This document shows, piece by piece, positions 28,906 to 37,747 of a stretch of DNA of 64,000 nt; positions within the stretch are counted from its first letter, which is position 1, and the number at the start of each line of letters is the position of its first letter. The DNA lies in IMG/VR virus record IMGVR_UViG_3300026159_000398; one strand, written 5' to 3'. A program made the translations under genes and the position numbers. Under the pieces are notes generated by a model. The model worked only from the letters and a program-made list of their open reading frames with translations, was not told the DNA's origin and did no database searches. Source of the DNA: a virus. Lineage: Duplodnaviria > Caudoviricetes.

Positions 28906-29570
28906 TTTAATCTCTCAGAAATAGTGCGATGTGAAGTATCAAATAATACGGCGATCTTTCTTAAACTATAACCTTCTTCACGAAGTTGTTTTATTTGATT
29001 GTTATTGATATCATTTCTAAATGCTGGATTTTTGTTTCCTTTGGCAACGCCTCTTTCTTTTCGTGTTTTACTAATTGCCTCACGCATTGTTTGATCATAT
29101 CCTCTATGGTTTTGTTTTCTCGATAAAGATCTTTTTTGTAACGATTCTTTAGATAAAACAACCGTTTTTCCTAAACGTGCTTTACTTAATTTTTGTTTGT
29201 GAGCTTCAGTTTTTGGACCAGTATATCCTTCGCCACCATTTGTTAAATTAGTTAACGGTCCTAAAACCAAGTCATTTCTGCCTATTTGAGAAATAAGTTG
29301 TTTTTCTAATTCTAAAGCATCTTGAAACAATAAATTTTCTTTAATATGAACAACAATAGGTCTCATTTCGCATGATAAGATTTTTTTTATTTTATTTGTT
29401 TTATGTTTATTTGGGTCGTTTTTTAAATTTGATTTTCTGAGATGTGCTGTATCTCGTGAACCACTTCCGACGCCAACATAAAATGGTTCAAAATCAAAAT
29501 AGTTTTCTTGATAACAAAAATTTCCGGGTTTTCGTGGGTCAAGATAAATGTAAATGTAGTGTTTATTCAT
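28896..29570 (-). CDS. GIY-YIG-family homing endonuclease with C-terminal HTH
   Basis: YIYIYLDPRKP...PFYVGVG..R, GPLTNLTNGGEG, GYSLRKIA. Confidence 0.85.
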   Translation of the reverse strand: MNKHYIYIYLDPRKPGNFCYQENYFDFEPFYVGVGSGSRDTAHLRKSNLKNDPNKHKTNKIKKILSCEMRPIVVHIKENLLFQDALELEKQLISQIGRNDLVLGPLTNLTNGGEGYTGPKTEAHKQKLSKARLGKTVVLSKESLQKRSLSRKQNHRGYDQTMREAISKTRKERGVAKGNKNPAFRNDINNNQIKQLREEGYSLRKIAVLFDTSHRTISERLKCI

Positions 29571-29576
29571 TTTCCC

Positions 29577-30221
29577 TTATTGAGGTTGAATTTGCAGGCA
29601 CCAGCCTGATTTGTCTTTGTTTTTTGCAAAGAACGTGTCCCATGAATAGCGAACATTGAAGCCTGATGCTTCATATCCTGGAGATAATGCGTATCCGTAT
29701 GGGTCAAGAACAAAAACATCACGCGTTTCGTCATCGTAACCAACGCAGCAATTGATGTGACCAGCAACTTTATGACCATATTTGGCGTTTGCGCTGCTGA
29801 AGTTTCCACAAATGACTTGAGGAATATTGGCATTGTCAATCAATGCACAAACTTCTTCAAAAGAGATATGATCTGAAAATTCTGAATCATATCCAATCTT
29901 ATTCATTAAATCATCGAACATTTTTTCTTCTACTTTACCAACGAGCCATGATTTTTCAAAATAGTCTTTTGTCCATGGTCCAACAGCTTTCAGCATCCAT
30001 TGTTTTATGGAACTGGTTTTTGCCATTTTTGTCAAGTAGTCTTCTATTTGTTCTTCATCAATTCCAAGATCTCTTGTAGTTTTACCAGTCATAGTGAGAA
30101 TATAATCAATACACATTGCTACTGAGGTAGGAAAGCATGTAACAAATGGATTATATTTATTGTTTCTTTGCGTGTGGTAAAAATCGCTTAAAGCAACTTT
30201 AGTTACGTAGTGTGCACTCAT
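29577..30221 (-). CDS. Papain-like peptidase (C39-like family)
   Basis: Q..., TCFPTS (Cys), GHINCCVGYD (His), VLDPYG (Asp). Confidence 0.8.
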   Translation of the reverse strand: MSAHYVTKVALSDFYHTQRNNKYNPFVTCFPTSVAMCIDYILTMTGKTTRDLGIDEEQIEDYLTKMAKTSSIKQWMLKAVGPWTKDYFEKSWLVGKVEEKMFDDLMNKIGYDSEFSDHISFEEVCALIDNANIPQVICGNFSSANAKYGHKVAGHINCCVGYDDETRDVFVLDPYGYALSPGYEASGFNVRYSWDTFFAKNKDKSGWCLQIQPQ

Positions 30222-30304
30222 ATTGATTCTCCTGTAGATATATTTAATGAATTATAGAAAATGAGCATAAAAATTTACGTGTGTCTTTAATATAATTCTA
30301 TATC

Positions 30305-30380
30305 GGAAGGACAAGAACTGATCATTCTGACTCGGTACCTCGAATACCGAGTCTTACTTCCAACTTTTAATTATTCGAGG
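30305..30380 (+). ncRNA. Structured cis-regulatory RNA leader, copy 3
   Basis: GGAAG/CTTCC; AGAA-CTGATCA-TTCT; GACTCGGTA/TACCGAGTC stem whose loop CCTCGAA complements TTCGAGG at the RBS. Confidence 0.7.
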
Positions 30381-30385
30381 TAATT

Positions 30386-30925
30386 ATGGGTCTCATCTAC
30401 GAAGCCACCAATCTCATCAATCATAAGCGCTATATTGGCCAAACAATTCAGACACTTGAGGAGCGTAAAGGAACTCATGAATATGATGCTGTTAATAGAC
30501 AACGTGATTTTGTTTTCTATAGAGCAATAAGAAAATATGGTTTCAATAATTTTCAATGGCGAATTATAGGATATTGCAAAACCAAAAAACAATTAGATAA
30601 AGCTGAAATTGCTTGCATTGAATTTTACCAAAGCAATAATCCGATTTATGGCTACAATAGTACTATTGGTGGTACTGGCGGAGCTATCAGGAGCGGAATG
30701 AAATGTTCAGATTCTATGAAAAGGAAAATTGGTGAGGCAAATAGAGGAAGAATAGTTGGAGAAGCAGAACGAGAAATGAAACGACAACAAATGTTAGGAA
30801 CTAAATTATCTGAAGAAACTAAAAGACGAATGAGTGAAGCGAGAAAAGGCCAAAAACGTTCTGAAGAATCAAAACAAAAAATGAGAGAAGCACAAAGACT
30901 TAGACGCCTTCGAGAACAACAGTAA
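30386..30925 (+). CDS. GIY-YIG homing endonuclease, antisense, downstream of the capsid gene
   Basis: GLIY.ATN...RYIGQT, GYNSTIGG, LSEETKRRMSEA. Confidence 0.9.
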   Translation: MGLIYEATNLINHKRYIGQTIQTLEERKGTHEYDAVNRQRDFVFYRAIRKYGFNNFQWRIIGYCKTKKQLDKAEIACIEFYQSNNPIYGYNSTIGGTGGAIRSGMKCSDSMKRKIGEANRGRIVGEAEREMKRQQMLGTKLSEETKRRMSEARKGQKRSEESKQKMREAQRLRRLREQQ

Positions 30926-30928
30926 AAA

Positions 30929-30958
30929 AAAAACCTCCAAGAAAACTTGGAGGTTTTT
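30929..30958. terminator. Bidirectional intrinsic terminator (capsid gene / HEG)
   Basis: AAAAACCTCCAAG-AAAA-CTTGGAGGTTTTT. Confidence 0.8.
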
Positions 30959-30981
30959 AATTTCAAATATCAACTTAAATA

Positions 30982-32601
30982 TTACTGGAAGATAGTAGGC
31001 AGACCGTTGATTATCAGTCTCGCATACTGATATTCCCCCATGAGGATGTAGTTTTTAGCTTTTCCGCTATCGCCACGATCTTTGAAAGTTTTACCATAAC
31101 GAGTATAGTAAAGTTTCTTTGGGTTACCAGTATTTGGGTCAATCAAAGTAGGAGTTGCAGTGATTGGCAGATATGGGCAATACAGATATCCGCTATCAAT
31201 TGCGCTCGTTCCTTTGTAACCGATCAGAAGTTCGTTTTTAGGGAACTGTGGGTCTGAGTAAAACTTAATCTTTCCACCGAGTGAACCTTGGAATGCAAGG
31301 TCGCGGCCAGAGTAAGTAACGCCGGAGCCGACGAAACCAGGTACGCGATCAAGGAAAGAAAGTGTTGCTGGGTTACCAACAACGAAGTTACCAAATCCAC
31401 GACGACCAATGTTCCAAATTTCAGCACAAACTTTCTCGATCGCGTCGAGGATAGCTTTTTGTGCGTCATCGTAGTTAGCTACGATAGAAACTTGTGTACC
31501 ACCAGCTGTTGGCAGCTTTGTGAGGTCGATAGTCTTGGTAATTCCAGCCATCATACGAAGGTCGTTGATGATTTCGCGGTTGATTTCAGCCATGAGTTCT
31601 TGCTTCATCATATCCATGATTGCAGACTCAAGGTCGATACCATGCAACTTTTTGAGGTCGTAAGCAGCATCAAGAGTGAAGCTACCACGAAGTTGACGAC
31701 GAGTAAGACCAATGCTTTCTTGCGCGATTTCGAATTCAATTTCAGGAATCATTGATTCGTCTTCTGGCTTGTAGTCATAGTCCAAAGTCATCGTTGCAAC
31801 TGCTGTTCCACCAACTGTGAAAGCGTTGAGGTTAGTTATAGTTGCTGTCAGTGTACGAACGATTTGAGTTCCAGATGCGCTCATAACGATTGTCAGCGTA
31901 CCAGCATCAACTGCAGCCAGCGTATAAGTAGTTCCGTTGTAAACAACGTCACCAGTAATAGCTGTACCACTTGCTGTTCCAGCAGTGTTAAAGTCAGTTG
32001 TGCCAAATTTATATCTTGCCAAAAGAGCACCAGCGGCGCTGAAGAGGTTCAGATATACTGTGCCTGTGTAAATAAGAGGCGTGTAACCGCGAGGGTTAAC
32101 TGCGTTGAGCCAACCAGCACATGCCAGTGTGAGGCCTGCTGGAAGAGTACCAACGCTCTCACCACGAACTTCAGATGAAGTGTAGTAAGGATCTATACCA
32201 ACAGGGTATTTTGCAGGTATAGGTGAAACCCACATTTCTTCGTTAGCTGCAGTTTGGCCTTTAAGATTGCTCTTATACCAACGCAGTGTAAAGATTGGAG
32301 ATGTAGGAGTAGGCATTGCTTGTGTACCAACAAGTTCCAAACCAACCATTTGTGGAATGGCACGTGCGATCAAGCCAAGCAGAGCCAGGTTAACACCAGT
32401 GAAGGCTGATGTTTGCACTTGGTCTTCAGCGATCAGCGATGGGTTTTCTTGAAGGTGAGTCATGTAGTTTTCAAGAAGAATCGCGGTCGTGCGAGCCATG
32501 TGCTCGTCAGAAATACCGTTAACTTTGAGAGCTTTCTCCCATTTCTTAACGAGTGCTTCTTCCATCTGACGACGGGCTTCATAAGCTTCGTTATAAATCA
32601 T
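30982..32601 (-). CDS. gp23: Major capsid protein (T4 gp23-like)
   Basis: TAILLEN, GTQAMPTP, RQLR..FT, DLKKLHGIDLE, EINREII, GYKG...G.LYCPY.P, TRYG. Confidence 0.97.
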   Translation of the reverse strand: MIYNEAYEARRQMEEALVKKWEKALKVNGISDEHMARTTAILLENYMTHLQENPSLIAEDQVQTSAFTGVNLALLGLIARAIPQMVGLELVGTQAMPTPTSPIFTLRWYKSNLKGQTAANEEMWVSPIPAKYPVGIDPYYTSSEVRGESVGTLPAGLTLACAGWLNAVNPRGYTPLIYTGTVYLNLFSAAGALLARYKFGTTDFNTAGTASGTAITGDVVYNGTTYTLAAVDAGTLTIVMSASGTQIVRTLTATITNLNAFTVGGTAVATMTLDYDYKPEDESMIPEIEFEIAQESIGLTRRQLRGSFTLDAAYDLKKLHGIDLESAIMDMMKQELMAEINREIINDLRMMAGITKTIDLTKLPTAGGTQVSIVANYDDAQKAILDAIEKVCAEIWNIGRRGFGNFVVGNPATLSFLDRVPGFVGSGVTYSGRDLAFQGSLGGKIKFYSDPQFPKNELLIGYKGTSAIDSGYLYCPYLPITATPTLIDPNTGNPKKLYYTRYGKTFKDRGDSGKAKNYILMGEYQYARLIINGLPTIFQ

Positions 32602-32630
32602 TGATGATTCCTCCGTTTAAATTTAAACGC

Positions 32631-33554
32631 TTATTTAAAAATTTTATCTATAATAGCAGCTGTCTTTTGGTCGATTGGCGCTATTTCACGCTTTCCATCG
32701 ACTTCTTCCAAGATGGAACGAAATACAGGTTTGCCATCTTCAGATTTCTTAGTTTGTGTTTCTTCTGTGATTGGGGTTTGTTCTTCTTTTGTTGCTCCAG
32801 CTTCTTCAGTTACGGGTTTCGTTTCTTCGGCTGGTTTTGTTTTTCTTGCGAAACGTTTTTCACCATCTTCACTTTTGGTTCCAACAGCAAGTTTAGTTTC
32901 AAGCATTTCAACGATAGTATTGAATCTTTCAATAACTTCGTCTTCATCTTTTCCAGCTGAAATAAATTCTTCAACAGTTTCAACATAGTCAGCTGGTATA
33001 TCTTTTAACAGAGTGGTAATAGCATTCTGTTTAGCAAGCAATTTGATTTCTTCATCTTTCTTTTCAGTTTCTTCACTGAGTGATTTGATCTTTGCTACGA
33101 GATCATGATCGGTGTCTTCAAGCAACGGCAGAACAAGATTCTTAAGTTGTTGAATGGTTTTATATTCTTTAGATTCCATGAAGTCTTTTTTAACTCTATC
33201 AGAAACTTCATCATAAATTTCTTGAAGAGCAACTGCCATGTTTTCTGTGTATGTCTTTTGAACATCATCAATTCCGAGTTTGAAAGCTTCTTCAGCATCT
33301 TCTTCGAAAAGACCAAATGCTTTTTCAGCATCGTTTTCAAAAAGATCAAAAGCAGCTTCACAATCAGATTCAAAAAGTGCGAATGCTTTTTCAGCATCAG
33401 CTTTAAGAATATATTTTTCGGTGTCAACACCTTCCATGTATTTCTTTTCAATAGCGGCGACTGTAGTTGTCTTCCAATCTTCAAAGAACTTGTCAAGTGC
33501 TTTAACTTGATCTTCGGTAAGTTCTATACCTTTAAGGGCTTCAAGAATTTCCAT
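32631..33554 (-). CDS. gp22: Prohead core scaffolding protein (gp22-like)
   Basis: Acidic coiled-coil immediately upstream of the capsid gene; start MEILEALK after GGAGG. Confidence 0.75.
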   Translation of the reverse strand: MEILEALKGIELTEDQVKALDKFFEDWKTTTVAAIEKKYMEGVDTEKYILKADAEKAFALFESDCEAAFDLFENDAEKAFGLFEEDAEEAFKLGIDDVQKTYTENMAVALQEIYDEVSDRVKKDFMESKEYKTIQQLKNLVLPLLEDTDHDLVAKIKSLSEETEKKDEEIKLLAKQNAITTLLKDIPADYVETVEEFISAGKDEDEVIERFNTIVEMLETKLAVGTKSEDGEKRFARKTKPAEETKPVTEEAGATKEEQTPITEETQTKKSEDGKPVFRSILEEVDGKREIAPIDQKTAAIIDKIFK

Positions 33555-33620
33555 TCTTATTCCTCCATTAATGTCGTCATTTATATATTTGCATAAATGC
33601 AATTTCTATATCAAAAAAAA

Positions 33621-34178
33621 TTAAATACAATCGCTTTTCTTTAGATTTTCTTCAGCCCACAATGGTTGAAGATTGGTGAAATGGAAGCATGATTTTTGTT
33701 GATTAAAATCTTCTAAATCAAAACTAGCACATGGTTTTATATGATCAACGTGCCATTTTCCATAATTTTCTTTTGTCATACCTGGTTGAAATTGAGATTC
33801 AAGATGTTGCCATAATTCTTCAACAGAACAACCGAGTAAATCTAGAGTTTGAGAAGCTTTAGTTTTTCCTTTTAAAGCTGAGTAAAGTCTATTTCGTAAA
33901 TAACACGAAATTTTAAAATTAGGATTATTGTTTCTTTTTGCTTTATTATATACTTTTTGGTAACAATTATTACTACAAAATTTTTGATATGATTTTGTGG
34001 CGACAAATTCTTTATCGCAAACAATACATTTTGTTTTTGGTTTCAAAGATTTAAGTTGTAGTTTTTTATCTAAGTGTAATTTTTTATAACCTGCTATACT
34101 GCAGTCTGTGCCACAATATTTTTGGTATGATTTATTAGTGGTAAAATCTTTACCACAAATTAAGCACCGTTTGACCAT
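33621..34178 (-). CDS. HNH homing endonuclease with N-terminal zinc fingers
   Basis: Two CxxC...YC/FC repeats; WHVDHIKP...NLQPLWAEENLKK. Confidence 0.88.
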   Translation of the reverse strand: MVKRCLICGKDFTTNKSYQKYCGTDCSIAGYKKLHLDKKLQLKSLKPKTKCIVCDKEFVATKSYQKFCSNNCYQKVYNKAKRNNNPNFKISCYLRNRLYSALKGKTKASQTLDLLGCSVEELWQHLESQFQPGMTKENYGKWHVDHIKPCASFDLEDFNQQKSCFHFTNLQPLWAEENLKKSDCI

Positions 34179-34481
34179 TTACTTTTTTTTGCCTTTCGCT
34201 TTGTCTGCTTCGACGCCCTTATCTTCAGGCTTTACTTTGGCATTAAGCTTCTGTTGTTCAACAGCTGCCTTACGATCATCATCACTGTTGAATTCTCCAC
34301 GTCCTTTGCAAACTGGACAAACTGCGTTGTCTTCTTTTTCAAGTTTGCCATAGCCCTTGCAGTTAGGGCAAGGAAATGCTGTATGACTTGCATTGCCGTC
34401 AAGTTTTTCTTCTTTTTTGGCAGCTTTCTTTGCGGCCTTTTTCTTTTTTGCTTCTTCAAGATAAAAATTAAAGTCTTTCAT
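34179..34481 (-). CDS. Tagged basic protein with DnaJ-type CxxCxGxG zinc finger
   Basis: MKDFNFYLEE; CPNCKGYG, CPVCKGRG. Confidence 0.75.
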   Translation of the reverse strand: MKDFNFYLEEAKKKKAAKKAAKKEEKLDGNASHTAFPCPNCKGYGKLEKEDNAVCPVCKGRGEFNSDDDRKAAVEQQKLNAKVKPEDKGVEADKAKGKKK

Positions 34482-34843
34482 TATTTTATGTCCTCATCTC
34501 CTTCGGTTTGAGCGGCTTTTTTAGCAGCTTGAATTATTTCTTCGCGTTTATTGGTTAAAAATGTTCTTGCGGTTACTTCAAGTTGATCTGTCAATTGGTC
34601 CATCATTTCACGACCAGCAATAGAGATCAAATATTCACCAAGTTCTTTTGGTGATATGTGTCCTTTACCATCAAGAAAAATGTTTTCCATAATGAGGTCG
34701 AGTTGTGCAAAGCGACCTTCATGACCAAGATAACCACCGACATTATCACCACGAAGATATGTAGCAATTCCTTTCTGTACTCTTTCAGACAGAAAACCTT
34801 TGCCAATATGCACTTGTTCAAGATATTGTTTGAATGTTCTCAT
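34481..34843 (-). CDS. Tagged hypothetical protein
   Basis: MRTFKQYLEQ start. Confidence 0.75.
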   Translation of the reverse strand: MRTFKQYLEQVHIGKGFLSERVQKGIATYLRGDNVGGYLGHEGRFAQLDLIMENIFLDGKGHISPKELGEYLISIAGREMMDQLTDQLEVTARTFLTNKREEIIQAAKKAAQTEGDEDIK

Positions 34844-34855
34844 AAATAATCCTTC

Positions 34856-35353
34856 TTAGAATTCTTGCTGTTCGGCTGTGTCGCGTTTTTCTTTTGCCAT
34901 CTTTTGGATTGGTTGTTCTTCAGATTCAGGTTCTCCTGTAGTTTCAGTCTCTTCAGGAACTTCAGAATTCTCTTCTCCTCCAAAAGACTTGTTCATATCT
35001 GCATCAACATTTACCGGTCCTTGCATTTTAAAACCACTTTCTTTGACTTGGTCCATAGCCGCTTTCATGATAGATTTAATCATGAAATCGCGTTGCTCAT
35101 TGTCCATTGGTTCATCAAAGTAGTCATTATATTTTTCAATAACTTCTTGAAGGTTCTTACCAGACAATTTAAGAAAAACTTTCTTGCCGTCTTTCTTACC
35201 ACTGAGTTCAAGGGAAATGCCAGCATCACCAGACATAACCATATTCATAAAGTCTTCAATATTCTTGAATTTAACTGTACGAACTTGATTGCCTTCACAA
35301 AAACTTTTCAATTCAGAAGGCATAACATCTTCTAAGTATTTGCCGAAACCCAT
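34856..35353 (-). CDS. Tagged acidic hypothetical protein
   Basis: MGFGKYLEDV start. Confidence 0.75.
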   Translation of the reverse strand: MGFGKYLEDVMPSELKSFCEGNQVRTVKFKNIEDFMNMVMSGDAGISLELSGKKDGKKVFLKLSGKNLQEVIEKYNDYFDEPMDNEQRDFMIKSIMKAAMDQVKESGFKMQGPVNVDADMNKSFGGEENSEVPEETETTGEPESEEQPIQKMAKEKRDTAEQQEF

Positions 35354-35607
35354 TATTTGACTCCTTTAAAATGAGCATTAACATAATTCACTGCAGCTTT
35401 CTCAGCTTCATCAGGGTCTTTATGTTGTTTCAGCATCGCAGCTCGCGCGGCATTTATAAGATCATTTCTTGATTTTCCGGCTTTTACCATTCCATCAAGA
35501 GTGGTTTTTAAATTGCCACCTTGAACAGCTGCATTTGTCTTTTCTTGTGTTGGCGCAGCCTTCATTTCTTGAGAAGACATTGCTTCGAGATATTCTTTCA
35601 AATTCAT
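35353..35607 (-). CDS. Tagged small hypothetical protein
   Basis: MNLKEYLEAM start. Confidence 0.75.
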   Translation of the reverse strand: MNLKEYLEAMSSQEMKAAPTQEKTNAAVQGGNLKTTLDGMVKAGKSRNDLINAARAAMLKQHKDPDEAEKAAVNYVNAHFKGVK

Positions 35608-35825
35608 TATTTGTCGCCTCTCATATAACGTTCTTTAACATGCGCATCATCAATCAAAAGGTTGAGTTCTTTGCGAATTGTCGCCATTATTTGATCGATT
35701 TGTTCTTCATAATCTTCATGATCAATTTCATTAGCTGAATCAAAAATTATTTCAGCTAAATCTTTTTCATCAAAATCAAACTTCTTTTTTCCTGCCATTT
35801 CAAGATAATCATTAAATGCTTTCAT
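35607..35825 (-). CDS. Tagged small acidic protein
   Basis: MKAFNDYLEM start. Confidence 0.75.
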   Translation of the reverse strand: MKAFNDYLEMAGKKKFDFDEKDLAEIIFDSANEIDHEDYEEQIDQIMATIRKELNLLIDDAHVKERYMRGDK

Positions 35826-36394
35826 TATTCAGCTCCATGCTTTTTCATTGCTTGTCTAGCTAAACTAATTTTTCTTTTTGCTTCTTCAGAATGTTTTCTT
35901 CCAAACATACCATTTTTAGAACCTTTAATATCTCGTTTAGCCATTCCATCTTTATATCGTGTTTGATAATTTTCATCATCAATTCGTTTAGAACATGCTA
36001 TTTTTATATTTAATCTTGTTTCTGATGAGCGTTTTTTACCTTTATTACCACGACGAATTTTTTCTTTATGTTCATCGGTTAAAGTTTTTCCAGTAAAAGT
36101 ATCACCACCATCTCCACCGGGAGTCATATTATAACCACTATTTTTAGAATTAAAAAATTTAATAAAATGTTTTTCTAAATTTGCTAATGTGACTTTATCA
36201 TTTATTTGGTCTTTGATAATTTCAAATCTAAAATTATCAATTCCATGTTTTCTTAAAGCACGAATAATATGTCTTTGACTATTTGTTTCATCAACTTCAT
36301 GTTGATATCTTTTAAATAATTGTCTTTCAGAACCAACATATTTTCCTATATATTTATTATTGGTTTCTGGATTAGTAAAACAATAAATAAACAT
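35825..36394 (-). CDS. GIY-YIG homing endonuclease
   Basis: MFIYCFTN...YIGK, GYNMTPGGDG, NGMFGRKHSEEAKRKIS; paralog of 25636. Confidence 0.9.
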   Translation of the reverse strand: MFIYCFTNPETNNKYIGKYVGSERQLFKRYQHEVDETNSQRHIIRALRKHGIDNFRFEIIKDQINDKVTLANLEKHFIKFFNSKNSGYNMTPGGDGGDTFTGKTLTDEHKEKIRRGNKGKKRSSETRLNIKIACSKRIDDENYQTRYKDGMAKRDIKGSKNGMFGRKHSEEAKRKISLARQAMKKHGAE

Positions 36395-37068
36395 TATATT
36401 TTCGAATGTTTCTCACTTAAAGAAATTAACACTTCCCAAAGTTGACGTTTAGGATGCTTCAACGATTCAAGGAACATGACTTCTTCGTGGAATGCTTGTT
36501 CGAGAATAGCGTTGTGTGTGCTAGGGTCAGTTACAAAGTCGTAGCAAATCATTTGGTAGCTTTCAGGCACATAGAGATAATTGCCTTGCATGATTGGGTC
36601 GCCGCCCATTCCGCGTGAAGAAACAGCAGGACGGAATCCTTTGCGAACGAAAGCAGCGAGTTTGTCGCCTGTGCCGTAGTCGCCAGTAATAACTATTGCT
36701 TTACCATAAACAACTCCACCATTCATTTCAAGTGCCGTTGTAAGAGCACATGCGTTCTCAAGGCCAATGCGTTTGATTTGCTGCATTTGAATTTGAGGAG
36801 GGTCAGTTGGTTTTGGCATTGGGTGGTCCATTCCCATTGGGTGACCGTTTCTCATCTTAATAGAATCACGAAGTTTGTTGGTTTCGCGTTGCAGCAATGC
36901 TTCACTGTAAATTCTATTATTCTTATTTGGCTTTTCGGCTCTTTGGAATTCGCCCTCAAGAGTAATCAGCTGAGCAGGCTTTCCTTTGACTTCAATTGTT
37001 TCTTCATTAAAGCCAAACTTATCAGATACCCAAGCATCCGAAATATATGGTCTCATTATTGCTTCCAT
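36394..37068 (-). CDS. gp21: Prohead protease (T4 gp21-like)
   Basis: NKNNRIY, MDHP (His), VSSRGMG (Ser), DFVTDPS (Asp). Confidence 0.95.
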   Translation of the reverse strand: MEAIMRPYISDAWVSDKFGFNEETIEVKGKPAQLITLEGEFQRAEKPNKNNRIYSEALLQRETNKLRDSIKMRNGHPMGMDHPMPKPTDPPQIQMQQIKRIGLENACALTTALEMNGGVVYGKAIVITGDYGTGDKLAAFVRKGFRPAVSSRGMGGDPIMQGNYLYVPESYQMICYDFVTDPSTHNAILEQAFHEEVMFLESLKHPKRQLWEVLISLSEKHSKI

Positions 37069-37406
37069 TACTTTTTACCTTCTTCTTCTGACTTAAGAAC
37101 TTGAGGAACTACTTTTCTGAGAACATCAATAATATGCTTTGGTGTATCGACGTCAGGAGTTACCAATTCATCATTGATATAAACCAAATCATTCTCAAGA
37201 TCGATGTCAACTTTATCATCACCAATTTTAATTGATTTATAGTTTGGTGTTTTTTCTTCAGTTGGAGATGCATCCATTTCTTCTGGTGTCTGTGGTAATC
37301 CTTCTTTTGGAGGAGGAGTGGTTGTGCCAGCTTCTAAGAAAGCATGGATGCCGCTCGTCTTACGATCAAAAACGCCGGCTATTTGTTCTTCGGTATATTG
37401 TTTCAT
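37068..37406 (-). CDS. Prohead-core-like protein
   Basis: N-terminus MKQYTEEQIAGVFDRKTSGIHAFLEA, paralogous to the upstream gene. Confidence 0.7.
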   Translation of the reverse strand: MKQYTEEQIAGVFDRKTSGIHAFLEAGTTTPPPKEGLPQTPEEMDASPTEEKTPNYKSIKIGDDKVDIDLENDLVYINDELVTPDVDTPKHIIDVLRKVVPQVLKSEEEGKK

Positions 37407-37674
37407 TTGTCTTCCACTTCTTCATCAGCAGCTATGGCTTCATCAACAGCTTGCATAATAACACGCACAAGTTCTTCTTTACCAGGACGTTCGCCTTTAT
37501 ATTGAGGGCCGAAAACACCCGTGATAATATCAGCAACTTCAGTTCTTACTTGTTCCCAAAGTTCTGCTTGCCAATCTTCTTTTTTTCTTCTTCAGCAGCT
37601 TCAAGATACTTTTGAACGCCACTAGTTTTGTGGCCAAAGATTTGAGCTATTTGTTCGTCAGTATATGTTTTCAT
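37403..37674 (-). CDS. Prohead-core-like protein interrupted by a -1 frameshift at A_AAA_AAG (not in the ORF track)
   Basis: The zero frame gives 42 aa (stop 37546-37548); the -1 frame continues EDWQAELWEQVRTEV...EEVEDK to a TGA overlapping the next ATG. Confidence 0.65.
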
Positions 37675-37747
37675 TTATAATATCCAAAAATAAATTTTTA
37701 ATAAAAGAACTAAACTATGCCAGAAACTCCAAAGGAACTTCCAGATG

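Noticed and set aside
30305-30380. Leader RNA as a hammerhead or HDV-like ribozyme
   Set aside because: CTGATCA occurs in only one copy, there is no GAAA core, and the topology does not match the nested double pseudoknot
31224-33596. Numerous antisense and alternate-frame ORFs over the capsid, scaffold, sheath and portal genes
   Set aside because: These are shadow ORFs from biased codon usage, with no RBS or recognisable motifs
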